A DNA stretch of 53,286 nt, counting the filler, from Limisphaerales bacterium (GTDB lineage: Bacteria; Verrucomicrobiota; Verrucomicrobiia; Limisphaerales; SIBE01), in assembly GCA_044225505.1 (NCBI GenBank). It is 2 parts of 2 records of this genome, joined end to end, with 100 filler letters (N's around TTAATTAATTAA, not from the genome) between each part and the next. Parts side by side here need not be neighbours in the genome. Positions count along the whole stretch, not along the records: positions 26,804 to 53,286 come from JBGAIN010000115.1; 1 more part is not named here. One strand, 5' to 3'. Below are positions 36,693 to 46,448 of the stretch, one piece after another. The position numbers and the translations under genes are program-made. The notes below the pieces were generated by a model. The model had not been told where the DNA came from and did no database searches. It worked only from the letters and a program-made list of their open reading frames with translations. Every line of letters begins with the position of its first letter. The first letter of the stretch is position 1.

Positions 36693-39600
36693 GGCTTCCG
36701 TTCCAAATTTTCCAGCGCCCGATAGTAATTCTCCAGCGCCTCGCGAAACTCGGTCGGCGCCGTCACGCTGCTCCCACTCGCCCGGCTGACACTGCGCGCC
36801 TCACCAGGGCGGGCATTCGGATCCCCTTGGACAGGAGTAGCCGCACGATCCGTCGTGCCGCCCGACTGGTTCGCTCCACCCCGCGGATTGACGCCCATGC
36901 CCGGAGAAGCGCTATTCTGCAACGACAACATTTGCATGAGGAATGCCATCTCTTCCGCACTGGGAGATTGCGAAGAACTGCTGCTGGCACTGTTGTTCTT
37001 TTGCTGCTGCTCGTTGATCAAGTTGATGACGTCGGAAAGCAGATCAATCGACTTGGTCTGAGCCATATCGACGTCGCGATCCGTTTGCGGTTTGTTGAGC
37101 AACTCTTGCACCCCGCCCATCGAATCGATGATGTCTTGCAAGGGAAACTCCAACGCCGGAACCGGATTCTCTCCCTGAATCCCCCGCACCTCTTCCTGGA
37201 CCGCAGTTTGAGTCTCCGCCAAGCCTTTCGCCTTTTCGACGTAGGCTGGGTCGGACTTCTGCCTGTCGAGCAACCCGGTCCGCTGCCGCAGGTTGACCTC
37301 TCGATCCCGAGTGCGCAACAAGCCCAAAAGCACCTTCATCAATGCCTCATCGCCCTGATCGCCCTCCTCCACCGCCCCCCGCCCCCCCGCCGCCCGAGGC
37401 CGATTTCGGCTCCAGAAGGTCCGCCCAGGCGGTCAAGCGATCGGACCAAATGCCCAGGTCCTGTATCGATTCCATCGCGATGTTCTCACTAATTAAGCCG
37501 CGCAATCGGTCCAGCTCATCACCGATTCGCGAATCGGACATCTCCTTGTTGACCTGACCGTAAGCATCTTTTTGGGTGCGCTCGAAAAAGCGCCCCAACT
37601 CGCCCTGTAAGACGGTCGTATCCTTCTGCACATTCCCTTGCTCTCCCGAAAGCGTGCTTTCCACGGATCGAAAACGGTCGGGCAACTCTTTGGGCAGCAA
37701 TCCGATCGTTTCCGGGACGATCTTCCGCAGGCGTTTAGCAATCCCCTTCTCGTCGGAGGAAAGCTTTCGTAGCCGCTGCGCCAACGTCATTGCCTGGAGT
37801 TGATCGAGGCCCTTGTTGACTTTCCTTTGTAATTCTTCGAGAGCGTCGAGGATCTCCTGTTCCTTGTTGGAAGCTGCGGCCAGGTTCTCAGCACGGTTCT
37901 CAGGATTTTGTTGAGCCTCTTTGAGCGCTTGCGAAGCCTCGCTCATTTTCTCTTGAGACAACGACTGCATCTCGCGCAGATTCTCGGCCCACTCGCGCAA
38001 GTCCTGGTCGGCGAAAGTTGGATTGCGCGTCGCTTCACGCAACGTCTTCTTTCCCTCCCTGGCCAACTGATCTAAATGCGCCGCGTTCTGAGCCTGATCG
38101 TCCTTCGCGGCGGCAATCCGCTCCGCGGCGGCGTCCGACTGGAGCTGTTCCTTCGACTGGGCTTGAAGCTCGCGGGTCGACTGCGCTAGCTTTTCCTCCA
38201 GTCGAGTGACCTCTTCCAAACGCGACAGAAGTGATTCCAGATTTTGTCGAACTAACTCCGCGTGTCGTTCGTTGCCCATGACATGCACCCGGTAGACCGG
38301 AGTGCGTGAAGGTTCGCGGTCAGGAAAAAAATCGACGGCTGCGCCACGCAGTTCCACGATGGAATCCGGCGGCAACCCCAACAAGCTTGGACTAAAGTGG
38401 AAAACCTCTTCGAGACGCTTTTCGTGAGGGCTCGGCGCCTCCCGAGTGAACGGTGAGATTCCCGATGAATTGGTGGGACCCACGTCGGAAACGAGCTGCC
38501 ATTCGAGTCTCAGCTCGCGCACGCCAAAGTCATCGCGCGCCGCTGCGCGAATATCCAGGACTTCGGTTTCTAAAATAGCCGTGTCGCGAAGCAGGTCGAC
38601 GAGTTCTGGCGTCGCGGGCGAATCTTTGACCGCGTGTATTTGCAGGCGCCAGGGTGCGGCGTTGCTCAAACCAGCTTCATCTCGCCAGCTGAGTGCAACT
38701 TCGGGCACTTCCTCCAACGCCAGCGGCTCGCTTGCGAATCGATCCCCAAGGGTTGTCATGGGACGAGCTGTGTTCTCGTTGGCTAATCGCATTTCAGCCG
38801 CCACGAGTCCACGGCTGACTTGCCCGCGCAACGTCACGCGGCTGCCTTCGAGGACATTCAACGTGCCATTGGCCACTGCCTCCGTCGTCGCTGGCAATCT
38901 TAAGTAGCCTGGCAGTTGGTTATCTGCCATTAACATCGTCAATGACGGTCGATGCGTCGGCACCACGACGATTTGGCCTTCGGCATCTCCCAGACGAATC
39001 TTGACTGTCCCTTTCCCCACTTGCCCGGCCATTTTGGCGTAGCCTTGCTGGTCCTGCACCGAGACCCGAATTCGCGGTTGCCGCTCGAACTGCACTCGTC
39101 CAGACGTGGGCTTCCACCAGGACAGGTAACCGACCGTCCACCGAAGCTCGAACGGCTCGCCGTGAGGCACGATCAACTGGTCCGGTAGACCACGAAGCTG
39201 GACTAGAGTCACTCGCGGGATTTGTGCCCATGGAGCAAACCAACGTTCCGCGCCGTTGAGAGTGACAGGAGCCGAAAGGAAGGACGCGACCGCCATGACT
39301 CCAAGTGCGGCCAGAAACATCGTTCGGGCGCGGTTCTCGGGCGCCCGCTTGACCACCGCGGCAAAATCGTACTGTTGCGCCTCCGTTGCGACCTGCTGAA
39401 TCGCCGCCTGATAGAGCGCTGGAGAGAAATGCGCGGGGCGCTGCGCTTCGTCGGCAAGTTCAACCACTCCGAGCAACCGGTCACCTAATCGTCGATATTC
39501 TCTCTGCACCAGGATGGCTAGCCCGCGCTGGGAACGCCGCCGTACAACCCAGTTCTTGACCCAACCCGCCGCGCAGCCCGCCACGCCGGCCCAACCCGCG

Positions 39601-39806
39601 CCCGCGCAGACTACTCGCACGCTAACTGGGGTCTCCCAAAACCGATCTGAAATATAAAGAACAAGAAATGACGCCCCGAGAACAGAGGCCGCTCGATAGA
39701 GGGCTGTCCGCGTTTCAACTTGCCACAAACGCTTCTCCAACCGGGCAAACTGAGCCCGCAACTCCTTCGGCAAGGCTAAGGCGTTGTGTTCTTCGGTGCC
39801 GGTCAT
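36689..39806 (-). pseudogene. Large membrane-anchored coiled-coil protein (~1040 aa if joined), split by a single-base frameshift in a G-rich tract into ORFs 37347-39806 and 36689-37372
   Basis: The upstream ORF ends ...PKSASGGGGAGGGGGGRSGR*. Removing one base in the tract gives ...GDQGDEALMKVLLGLLR..., which continues to the ATGA-coupled next gene. C6 and C7 runs at 37375-37380 and 37382-37388. Could be a sequencing error. Confidence 0.7.
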
Positions 39807-39822
39807 GTGTCCCAAGATCGCG

Positions 39823-42018
39823 CTATACCATGCCCGCCAGTTTGCGTCCCGTCCAATAAATCCCTAGCAACACCAGGATGATTCCGCCCCACCATGGACT
39901 GCTCCAGATTCGGAGACGCTGTTCGAGAGGCTTGGGTTCTGGCAACAGCGAGATCTGCTGCACAACCTTCTCGAGCGATTCAAAGGTAGAGAAGGCTCCC
40001 CGGGTTAGGGTCGCGATTTCGCGTAGGATCTGCGCGTTAGCCGGTTGGCCGATCTTTTCGACCTGCGGCTGCGTTACAGTGAGCTCCGTTTCCAAATGCC
40101 GGTTATGCCGCTCAGAACCGACCGCCAATTTGAATGCGCCACCTTCGGTCGCCGCGAAGCTGCTTTTGAACACACCCCACCCCCCTTCCATCGGTGTGAA
40201 TTCAAGACGTTCCGTCCGCCCGGACGGAGTCGTTACCTTGCCCAACACTTTATCGTCTTCGATAGGAAACCCCGCTGTATCCAATATGGTCGTTTGCAGG
40301 AAGACAGTTTCCCCCGCCTGGGGCACTTCCGGCGCGAACGCCAACCGGATCCCTTGCTTCTCCGACAGATGTCTTTCGTGAGCCATCCAACGAACCACTT
40401 GGCTCCAGAATCGATAATGATACTTGTCCTCGACACCACGCCGCCAGCGCCAGGCACTATCGGTCCCCATGAATAGAACCTTCCCATTTCCCGCCGCGCG
40501 CGTGACTAAAAGCGGCATCCGCCCCCAAGCATTCCGCAACGATGAGTGCACCGCAATCACCTCGGACCCCGGCCGGCTTTTTTCCACGGCGGCCGACCAG
40601 AAAAAGCCCGGGAGTTGCTTCCAGAGTTCGTCGTTTCGATCCTCATCGGCATCAAAGCGGGTCAGCAAATGACGTCGACCAGCGGACGAGAGAGTCAACG
40701 TCGACTCATTCTGCAAACCGATCCCCTCGGGCTTTGCCGAATCAAGAACCACCGGAACCAAATCCTTTAGCGGACTGTCGAGGAATGTCTTTTCACGATT
40801 TCGGCGCCCGGGCAGAAACACCAAACCGCTTCCCTGTTGTTCCACCAGCCCCTTGATAAGTTCGGCGTCGCTGGCACTTAACTCGTTCTCGCCTATTCCC
40901 ACGTCGCCCAGGAAGATGACGTCGTAACGCGCGATGGCTTCTTTGGTATTCGGGAATGAGGATAGATATTGCCGCCCCGCCCCCATGCCCAGTCCAGGAT
41001 GATAAAGGATGCAATGCATCTCGACCCCAGGATCACGCGCGAGCGCATTGCGCAAATAGCGGTATTCCCAACGCGGCAACGAGTCGACCACCAGCACTTT
41101 CAGGGTCTCCACTCGAACGTTGACGGAGAATGTTTGATCGTTGTTCTCTGGTAAGCTCTCGTCAGGCTCGACCGGAAGATGCAAGGTGAGGGTAATGTTG
41201 CCTACGGCTCGAGGTGACCAGAGAATCGCTTCCTGGAACTGCCCTCCAGCGGGAATGACAATTTCCTTACGCGCTTCTTCCCGCGTCCCGTCGAGTAATG
41301 TGACAGTCGTTTTAACTTCGTGAGGCAAGGAGCTGCGAATGTGGAATGGGATCGAGATCTGTTCTCCAAATAGTCCGTAGGAAGGAGCAAAGACACTCTC
41401 CAGCTGTAAATCGGGAAGCGGAGTCTCTCGGCCCACGACGACAGAGAAGATCGGAACGTTTTCCTCACGGTAGCGTGTCGCCGCGGTCAGCGGGGATTGC
41501 CCCACGTTCCACTGACCGTCCGTCAAGAGCAGCACGGACTTGAGATTCTTCTCCCGCCTCAGCACATTTTCTAAAGCCTGATTGAGGTCCGTCCCTTGTG
41601 CCGCCCGTTGCACGGGATTAGTGACGTCCAAACTCGAACCAAAATCCTCCACCTCCACCTTGGCTTTCGTTTGGAGCGCTTTCCAGAATTGTGCTTCACG
41701 CTGTTGTCCGACCCATTCCGCACGACTGACAATTTGAGTGGCGGCTACCACGTCCCGGGAGAGCATGCTTCCAGAGGCGTCACAGAGCACCGCGACGACC
41801 GGTTGATCCGTCCGTTGAATCTGTTTCACATACTCCGGGCGCAGGAGCGTGAGCGCGAGAAGTGAAATCAGGAAGAACCGGAGCGCTTCCAGGGCGAGCG
41901 CATGGCGCCGGCGACCGCTTCGGCGCCAGTTGGCATAGCAGAGCCATCCTGAACCGAGCCAAAGACTGCCGCCGATCAGCAGCACTGGCCAACTGGATGC
42001 CACGGACCAGTGACTCAT
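39823..42018 (-). CDS. Membrane protein with vWA domain, Ig-like domain and glutamine amidotransferase-like domain
   Basis: N-terminal TMs, VLCDASGSM (MIDAS), GTDL, LLLTDG, PENN, PRWEYRYLRNAL.RD, YDVIFLGDV, GTDSAWRWR and a C-terminal TM. Confidence 0.88.
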   Translation of the reverse strand: MSHWSVASSWPVLLIGGSLWLGSGWLCYANWRRSGRRRHALALEALRFFLISLLALTLLRPEYVKQIQRTDQPVVAVLCDASGSMLSRDVVAATQIVSRAEWVGQQREAQFWKALQTKAKVEVEDFGSSLDVTNPVQRAAQGTDLNQALENVLRREKNLKSVLLLTDGQWNVGQSPLTAATRYREENVPIFSVVVGRETPLPDLQLESVFAPSYGLFGEQISIPFHIRSSLPHEVKTTVTLLDGTREEARKEIVIPAGGQFQEAILWSPRAVGNITLTLHLPVEPDESLPENNDQTFSVNVRVETLKVLVVDSLPRWEYRYLRNALARDPGVEMHCILYHPGLGMGAGRQYLSSFPNTKEAIARYDVIFLGDVGIGENELSASDAELIKGLVEQQGSGLVFLPGRRNREKTFLDSPLKDLVPVVLDSAKPEGIGLQNESTLTLSSAGRRHLLTRFDADEDRNDELWKQLPGFFWSAAVEKSRPGSEVIAVHSSLRNAWGRMPLLVTRAAGNGKVLFMGTDSAWRWRRGVEDKYHYRFWSQVVRWMAHERHLSEKQGIRLAFAPEVPQAGETVFLQTTILDTAGFPIEDDKVLGKVTTPSGRTERLEFTPMEGGWGVFKSSFAATEGGAFKLAVGSERHNRHLETELTVTQPQVEKIGQPANAQILREIATLTRGAFSTFESLEKVVQQISLLPEPKPLEQRLRIWSSPWWGGIILVLLGIYWTGRKLAGMV

Positions 42019-44030
42019 GGCTGAGCCTCCGCCAGGGCCGACCGTCCCCGAGGTTGCGCCGGAGCACCGGCTAGACCGCGTCTCGGATCGGCGGACGGCA
42101 AAATGAGTATCCCTTCGACCACGAGGAATGTCAGCATCAAGAAGACAAAGATCCTCCAGACTTCTCCTTCAAGGCTTTCGGCAGTGCGTCGTTTTTCTTG
42201 GAGCATTCGAACTCCAAGGGTCCCAAACAGGCGCTCGGCTTCGGGTCCGTCCAGAATTTCCGGGTTGTCCTCAGCGAGCGGCCGGTTCACCGCGAGCAAT
42301 CGTTCACCCGACCGATAGACTCCCGATTCCGTACGGATATCTTTTGCTCTTGTTCCGTCGATTGGTTCCCAATGTCTGCCGAGATCAACGACACTCAGCT
42401 GGCCACACTCGGTGGCCATGACCTGCTGCAAGCGGCGGCCCCCAGCTTGCAGCAAACGCTGAAGCATCGGAACCAAGACCGGACCTTCACCCAAACTCGA
42501 CCAGTCCCGGTCCGGCCTGGAGGCACAGAAGTAAGCCTCGCCCCGTCCCACCGGCTGGCGCACCAGGAAAAGACTGCCGTCGTCAAATGCCGCGAGCGAG
42601 GTCGAAGCGCCTAGAATGGCTTGACGTCGTTGGAAAGTCGCATCGTTCAGAGGCAGGCTCAAACCTTCATCCGACTTCGCCAGGGGACCTTCATCTTCGT
42701 TCCAGCGAAGGATCCGAAACGGTTTTTCGGAACTTGTCGTTTCCACGTTCCCCCAACCGACACCTTCAAAGCGTTGAGCATCGGGCCGGTCCGGTGGCAG
42801 AAAGAGCACGCTGCCTCCCTCCGCAATGAACGCACGGATTCGTTGGGCGGAAGGTCCTTCCGGCAAGGGCTCCTTCCAAACGACCAAGGTGTTGTCCTCC
42901 CAAACGGCGCGAGTCAACTCCGTCGGCAGCACCAGGTCCACCCGGGGCGCGGCTTTACCCGAACCAGCGCTGATGGCGAGTTGGAGCAACTTCGCGCTGG
43001 CCTGATCCGACGTGACAATGCTCGCCCTGAGCGCGGTTTCAGATCCATAGACGAAGTATGTCGTGTTATCCCGGCGGTTAGCGTCGGCGGGTATCTCCAG
43101 CCATCCCCAGCCTTGGCCCGCCTGTTTCGGAAGCTGAATGCGATTTCGCCAGCGCAAGAGCTGTCCCTCCAGCGTCAGTTCTCGCTGGGTGGTGGTGCCA
43201 TCGAGACTCACCGTGAGAGGCACGGTCACTTTTTCGGCAGCATCCGATTGCACGTCCACGACGATCTGCAACTCGCTCTCGTCGGCCCGAGGTCGACGGA
43301 CCAGTTCCTTTAGCTCCACCGAACGATTGGGTCCGGTCCTTCCGTCAAGAGCTAACAACCGAATCCGAATCTTCTGCGGGAGTCCGTTGAACTGCGCCAC
43401 CAGGCTTTTCCACCGAGCATCGTCCGGTTGCCAGTTGCTTTTTTGCAGGTCAGAAGCAATCCAAAGCTCGGCCGTGCCCGCACGATTCTCCACGAGCCAA
43501 TTGAATGCGGTGGCGAGCATGCCAGGGATGTCCGCGGTCGTATCCGTGGCCGCAGTGGCGGAACTCTCCCGCAGTGTGGCCGCGCTTCGGATGCTTTGTG
43601 GTGCGCGAAATGCATTCTCTATTAGAACCAGATGGCTCGATTCCTCAAATTCCTTGGCGGCTTGCGCCAACGATTCGATCGCTTGTTGGCGTTTGCTACC
43701 TGCTCCGGCGCTCCCGGTCTCCATGCTGGCAGAGCGGTCCAATAGAATCAAAATCGCGTCGGGAGCCGGAGATAAAGCCCAGCCCAACCATCCGCCAGCT
43801 AAAGGCCGACTCAAGAACAGGACCAGCGCCAGAACCGCCAAGACCCGCAAGAGCAAGATCAACCACTGGCGGAGCTTGGCATTGTTGACGGAACTGCGAG
43901 TCGCCGAGATCAAAAACCGAGTGGCAGCCCAGGGTTGAGGCCGGTGCCGCATCCGATTCAACAAATGAATGATGATCGGCAGTAGCACCAAAGGCAGCGC
44001 CCAGAGAATGAATGGCTGCAGGAAAGTCAT
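42015..44030 (-). CDS. BatA-type N-terminal double-TM plus vWA domain protein
   Basis: MTFLQP...LPIIIHLLNR...WAATRFL...LLLRVLA..LSRP (BatA N-terminus), LLDRSASM (MIDAS) and a C-terminal TM. Confidence 0.9.
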   Translation of the reverse strand: MTFLQPFILWALPLVLLPIIIHLLNRMRHRPQPWAATRFLISATRSSVNNAKLRQWLILLLRVLAVLALVLFLSRPLAGGWLGWALSPAPDAILILLDRSASMETGSAGAGSKRQQAIESLAQAAKEFEESSHLVLIENAFRAPQSIRSAATLRESSATAATDTTADIPGMLATAFNWLVENRAGTAELWIASDLQKSNWQPDDARWKSLVAQFNGLPQKIRIRLLALDGRTGPNRSVELKELVRRPRADESELQIVVDVQSDAAEKVTVPLTVSLDGTTTQRELTLEGQLLRWRNRIQLPKQAGQGWGWLEIPADANRRDNTTYFVYGSETALRASIVTSDQASAKLLQLAISAGSGKAAPRVDLVLPTELTRAVWEDNTLVVWKEPLPEGPSAQRIRAFIAEGGSVLFLPPDRPDAQRFEGVGWGNVETTSSEKPFRILRWNEDEGPLAKSDEGLSLPLNDATFQRRQAILGASTSLAAFDDGSLFLVRQPVGRGEAYFCASRPDRDWSSLGEGPVLVPMLQRLLQAGGRRLQQVMATECGQLSVVDLGRHWEPIDGTRAKDIRTESGVYRSGERLLAVNRPLAEDNPEILDGPEAERLFGTLGVRMLQEKRRTAESLEGEVWRIFVFLMLTFLVVEGILILPSADPRRGLAGAPAQPRGRSALAEAQP

Positions 44031-44037
44031 CCGTGTC

Positions 44038-44961
44038 TCATCGGCTTGCGGGCGTTCCGGCCAGTCGTGCGCGCTCCACCAAGAAATCAGCTAAGACTCG
44101 TTCAAAATCCTGATCTGTCACGACCCTTCGGTAATCCGCATGAAACTCATGGCAACCCGCCCGAATGCGATCCAGAAATGCCTGAAGTTGCTCGAGATAC
44201 TGGTCACGAATAAGACCCGGTTCTGTCACCAAACTCAGCGAACTCTCCAAATCAACGAAGCGCACCGGGCGATCGAACTTGAAATCCACCTCCATCCGAT
44301 CGAGCAAGTGGAACACCGCAAGATCATGTTTCTGAAACCGAAGATGCTGGAAGCAACTCAAGAGTGCCTCCGTGTCGCAGAAGAAATCCGAGAAGACCAC
44401 CACCAAAGCACGCCGTCGCACCTTGTCCGCCAGATCGTGCAACGCACTGATCAAGCCAGTCTCCCCGCCCGACTCAGCTTCCGCTTGATCCAAAGTATTG
44501 ATCAAAGTCTGGAGATGAGCGGGATTCCTGCGAGGCGGAACGTCCACAAAGGTCTTGGCATTAACGCAAATGAGCCCAGCGGCGTCGCCCTGATGAATAA
44601 TGAGATACGCCAGCGAGGCCAGAAGTCGGCGAGCATAATCCAATTTGCGCTGATGCTTCCCCACAAATGCCATGGAGCCGCTGCAATCCAGGACGAGATA
44701 ACATCTCAGATTGGTTTCCGCCTCAAACTCCTTAAGGTAAAATCGATCAGTGCGCGCAAAGACCCGCCAGTCTAAACGCCTGACGTCATCTCCCGGGGCA
44801 TAATTTCGATATTCGGCAAACTCGACGCTGGACCCCCGGTGCGGGCTCTTATGATGCCCGGACACCGTTCCTTCCATGGGAAAGCGAGCGAGTAGCGGCT
44901 GCGCCATGAGGCGCGCGAGCACGCCCGCGTCCAGGTATTTCGCGAGATTGACCTCAGACAC
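44038..44961 (-). CDS. DUF58 domain protein (MoxR-associated, vWA-like)
   Basis: GHHKSPHRGSSVEFAEYRNYAPGDDVRRLDWR...KEFEAETN, LDCSGSM and FSDF. Confidence 0.94.
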   Translation of the reverse strand: MSEVNLAKYLDAGVLARLMAQPLLARFPMEGTVSGHHKSPHRGSSVEFAEYRNYAPGDDVRRLDWRVFARTDRFYLKEFEAETNLRCYLVLDCSGSMAFVGKHQRKLDYARRLLASLAYLIIHQGDAAGLICVNAKTFVDVPPRRNPAHLQTLINTLDQAEAESGGETGLISALHDLADKVRRRALVVVFSDFFCDTEALLSCFQHLRFQKHDLAVFHLLDRMEVDFKFDRPVRFVDLESSLSLVTEPGLIRDQYLEQLQAFLDRIRAGCHEFHADYRRVVTDQDFERVLADFLVERARLAGTPASR

Positions 44962-46021
44962 GGGTGACGTCTCCTCGCAACGACTCTAGCAGGCGAGTAA
45001 TGATGAACGTGCTCGTCACGCCCTCCGCTTGAGCTTGGAAGTTCGTTAATATGCGGTGCGTCAAGACTGGCTGCGCCACGGCTTCGAGGTCCTCGATGCG
45101 CACGAGATAGCTTCCCTGGAGAACAGCCCGGGCTTTGGCCCCTCGAATCAAGTATTGCACAGCCCGAGGTCCCGCACCCCAAGTCACCCATTTCTTGACC
45201 CACTCGGGCACATCTTCCCCTTTGGGACGCGAACTCCGCACGAGATCGACCGCCACGTCGTAGATATGGTCAGGCACCGGGACGCGTTGCACAATCTCTT
45301 GGAACCGCATGACCTGCTCCGCGTCGATCAGCTTCCGAAGTTCAGCGTGGGGTGCGCCGGTCGTTTCGCGCGCAATCCGCCGTTCCTCAAGGAGGCTAGG
45401 ATAATCGACATGGATGAAAAACATAAACCGATCAAGTTGCGCTTCGGGCAGGGAGTAAGTGCCTTCCTGTTCGATCGGGTTTTGAGTCGCCAAAACGAAG
45501 AATGGAGATGGGAGCGGAAACACGCGACCCGCCACCGTCACGCGATGCTCTTGCATGGCTTCCAAAAGCGCTGACTGCGTTTTGGGAGGCGTTCGATTGA
45601 TCTCATCGGCCAGGATGATATTCGCGAAAACTGGGCCCTTCACAAAAACGAAGGCGCGCCTCCCGGGTTGGTCGGTGTCCTGCAGAATATCCGTCCCCGT
45701 GATATCGGAGGGCATTAAGTCCGGCGTGAACTGAATGCGGTTAAACTGGAGAGACATGACCTGGGCCAGGGAGTTGACGATCGTTGTCTTGGCCAAGCCG
45801 GGAACGCCCATCAACAACGCGTGCCCGCGCGCCAAGACGCAGATCAGCAACTGCTCAACGACGTCGTGCTGCCCGATAATCACCTTTCCGATCTCCGTCC
45901 GGATCTCTCCGTACAGTTCCCGCAAATGATTGATGGCCGCCACATCCCCCTCTGGGGGGGGCGCCGTCACGGCCGACGCTTTCGCGGAATTCGCCGGGAC
46001 ATGTCCCGTCATTTTATTCAT
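44954..46021 (-). CDS. moxR: MoxR-family AAA+ ATPase
   Basis: Motifs IIGQ, GVPGLAKT (Walker A), RIQFTPDLMPSDITG, LADEINRTPPKTQSALLEAM and ATQNPIEQEGTY.LPEAQLDRF. Confidence 0.95.
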   Translation of the reverse strand: MNKMTGHVPANSAKASAVTAPPPEGDVAAINHLRELYGEIRTEIGKVIIGQHDVVEQLLICVLARGHALLMGVPGLAKTTIVNSLAQVMSLQFNRIQFTPDLMPSDITGTDILQDTDQPGRRAFVFVKGPVFANIILADEINRTPPKTQSALLEAMQEHRVTVAGRVFPLPSPFFVLATQNPIEQEGTYSLPEAQLDRFMFFIHVDYPSLLEERRIARETTGAPHAELRKLIDAEQVMRFQEIVQRVPVPDHIYDVAVDLVRSSRPKGEDVPEWVKKWVTWGAGPRAVQYLIRGAKARAVLQGSYLVRIEDLEAVAQPVLTHRILTNFQAQAEGVTSTFIITRLLESLRGDVTRV

Positions 46022-46132
46022 AACTGGTTCTGCTCTAGTCAAGAAGATGCAACCCGGCCAGGTCAATCCTAGAAACCGTCCAATTTGTCGAGCTCACCGC
46101 CCGATCAACCCGCTCCCGCAACTTATGATACC

Positions 46133-46408
46133 CTAGTGTGGTGACCGCTAAGTCCTTATACTTTCGTTGCGCTCAAAATCGGTCCTGGCGAGGCGCGACG
46201 ACGGAGGATAGCCGCCGCGCTCTCTGACCGAGGAGCAACGAAGCCAGGACCCATTTTCAGCGCAACCCTTTGGGCGGCGGTTCTTTCGCGCGCCCGCCGC
46301 GTTCCTCGCTCGGTACTGACCGCTACGGGTATACGCCTCGCTCGCGCCTTGCGGGCGAGCAAAAACCCTCGCCGCGAAAGTGCAAGGACTTAGCGGTCAC
46401 CACACTAG
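46133..46408. mobile_element. MITE (276 bp including CTAG ends), IS630-like, non-coding, with two internal hairpin modules
   Basis: Terminal inverted repeats match at 32/34 (46133-46166 vs 46375-46408) and both ends read CTAG, consistent with a TA duplication. Internal IR matches at 22/24 (46166-46189 vs 46243-46266), and a second IR spans ~46274-46375. Confidence 0.85.
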
Positions 46409-46448
46409 CCAACGCGACAAAATGCTGTCATTCTCGCGTGCAAATAGC

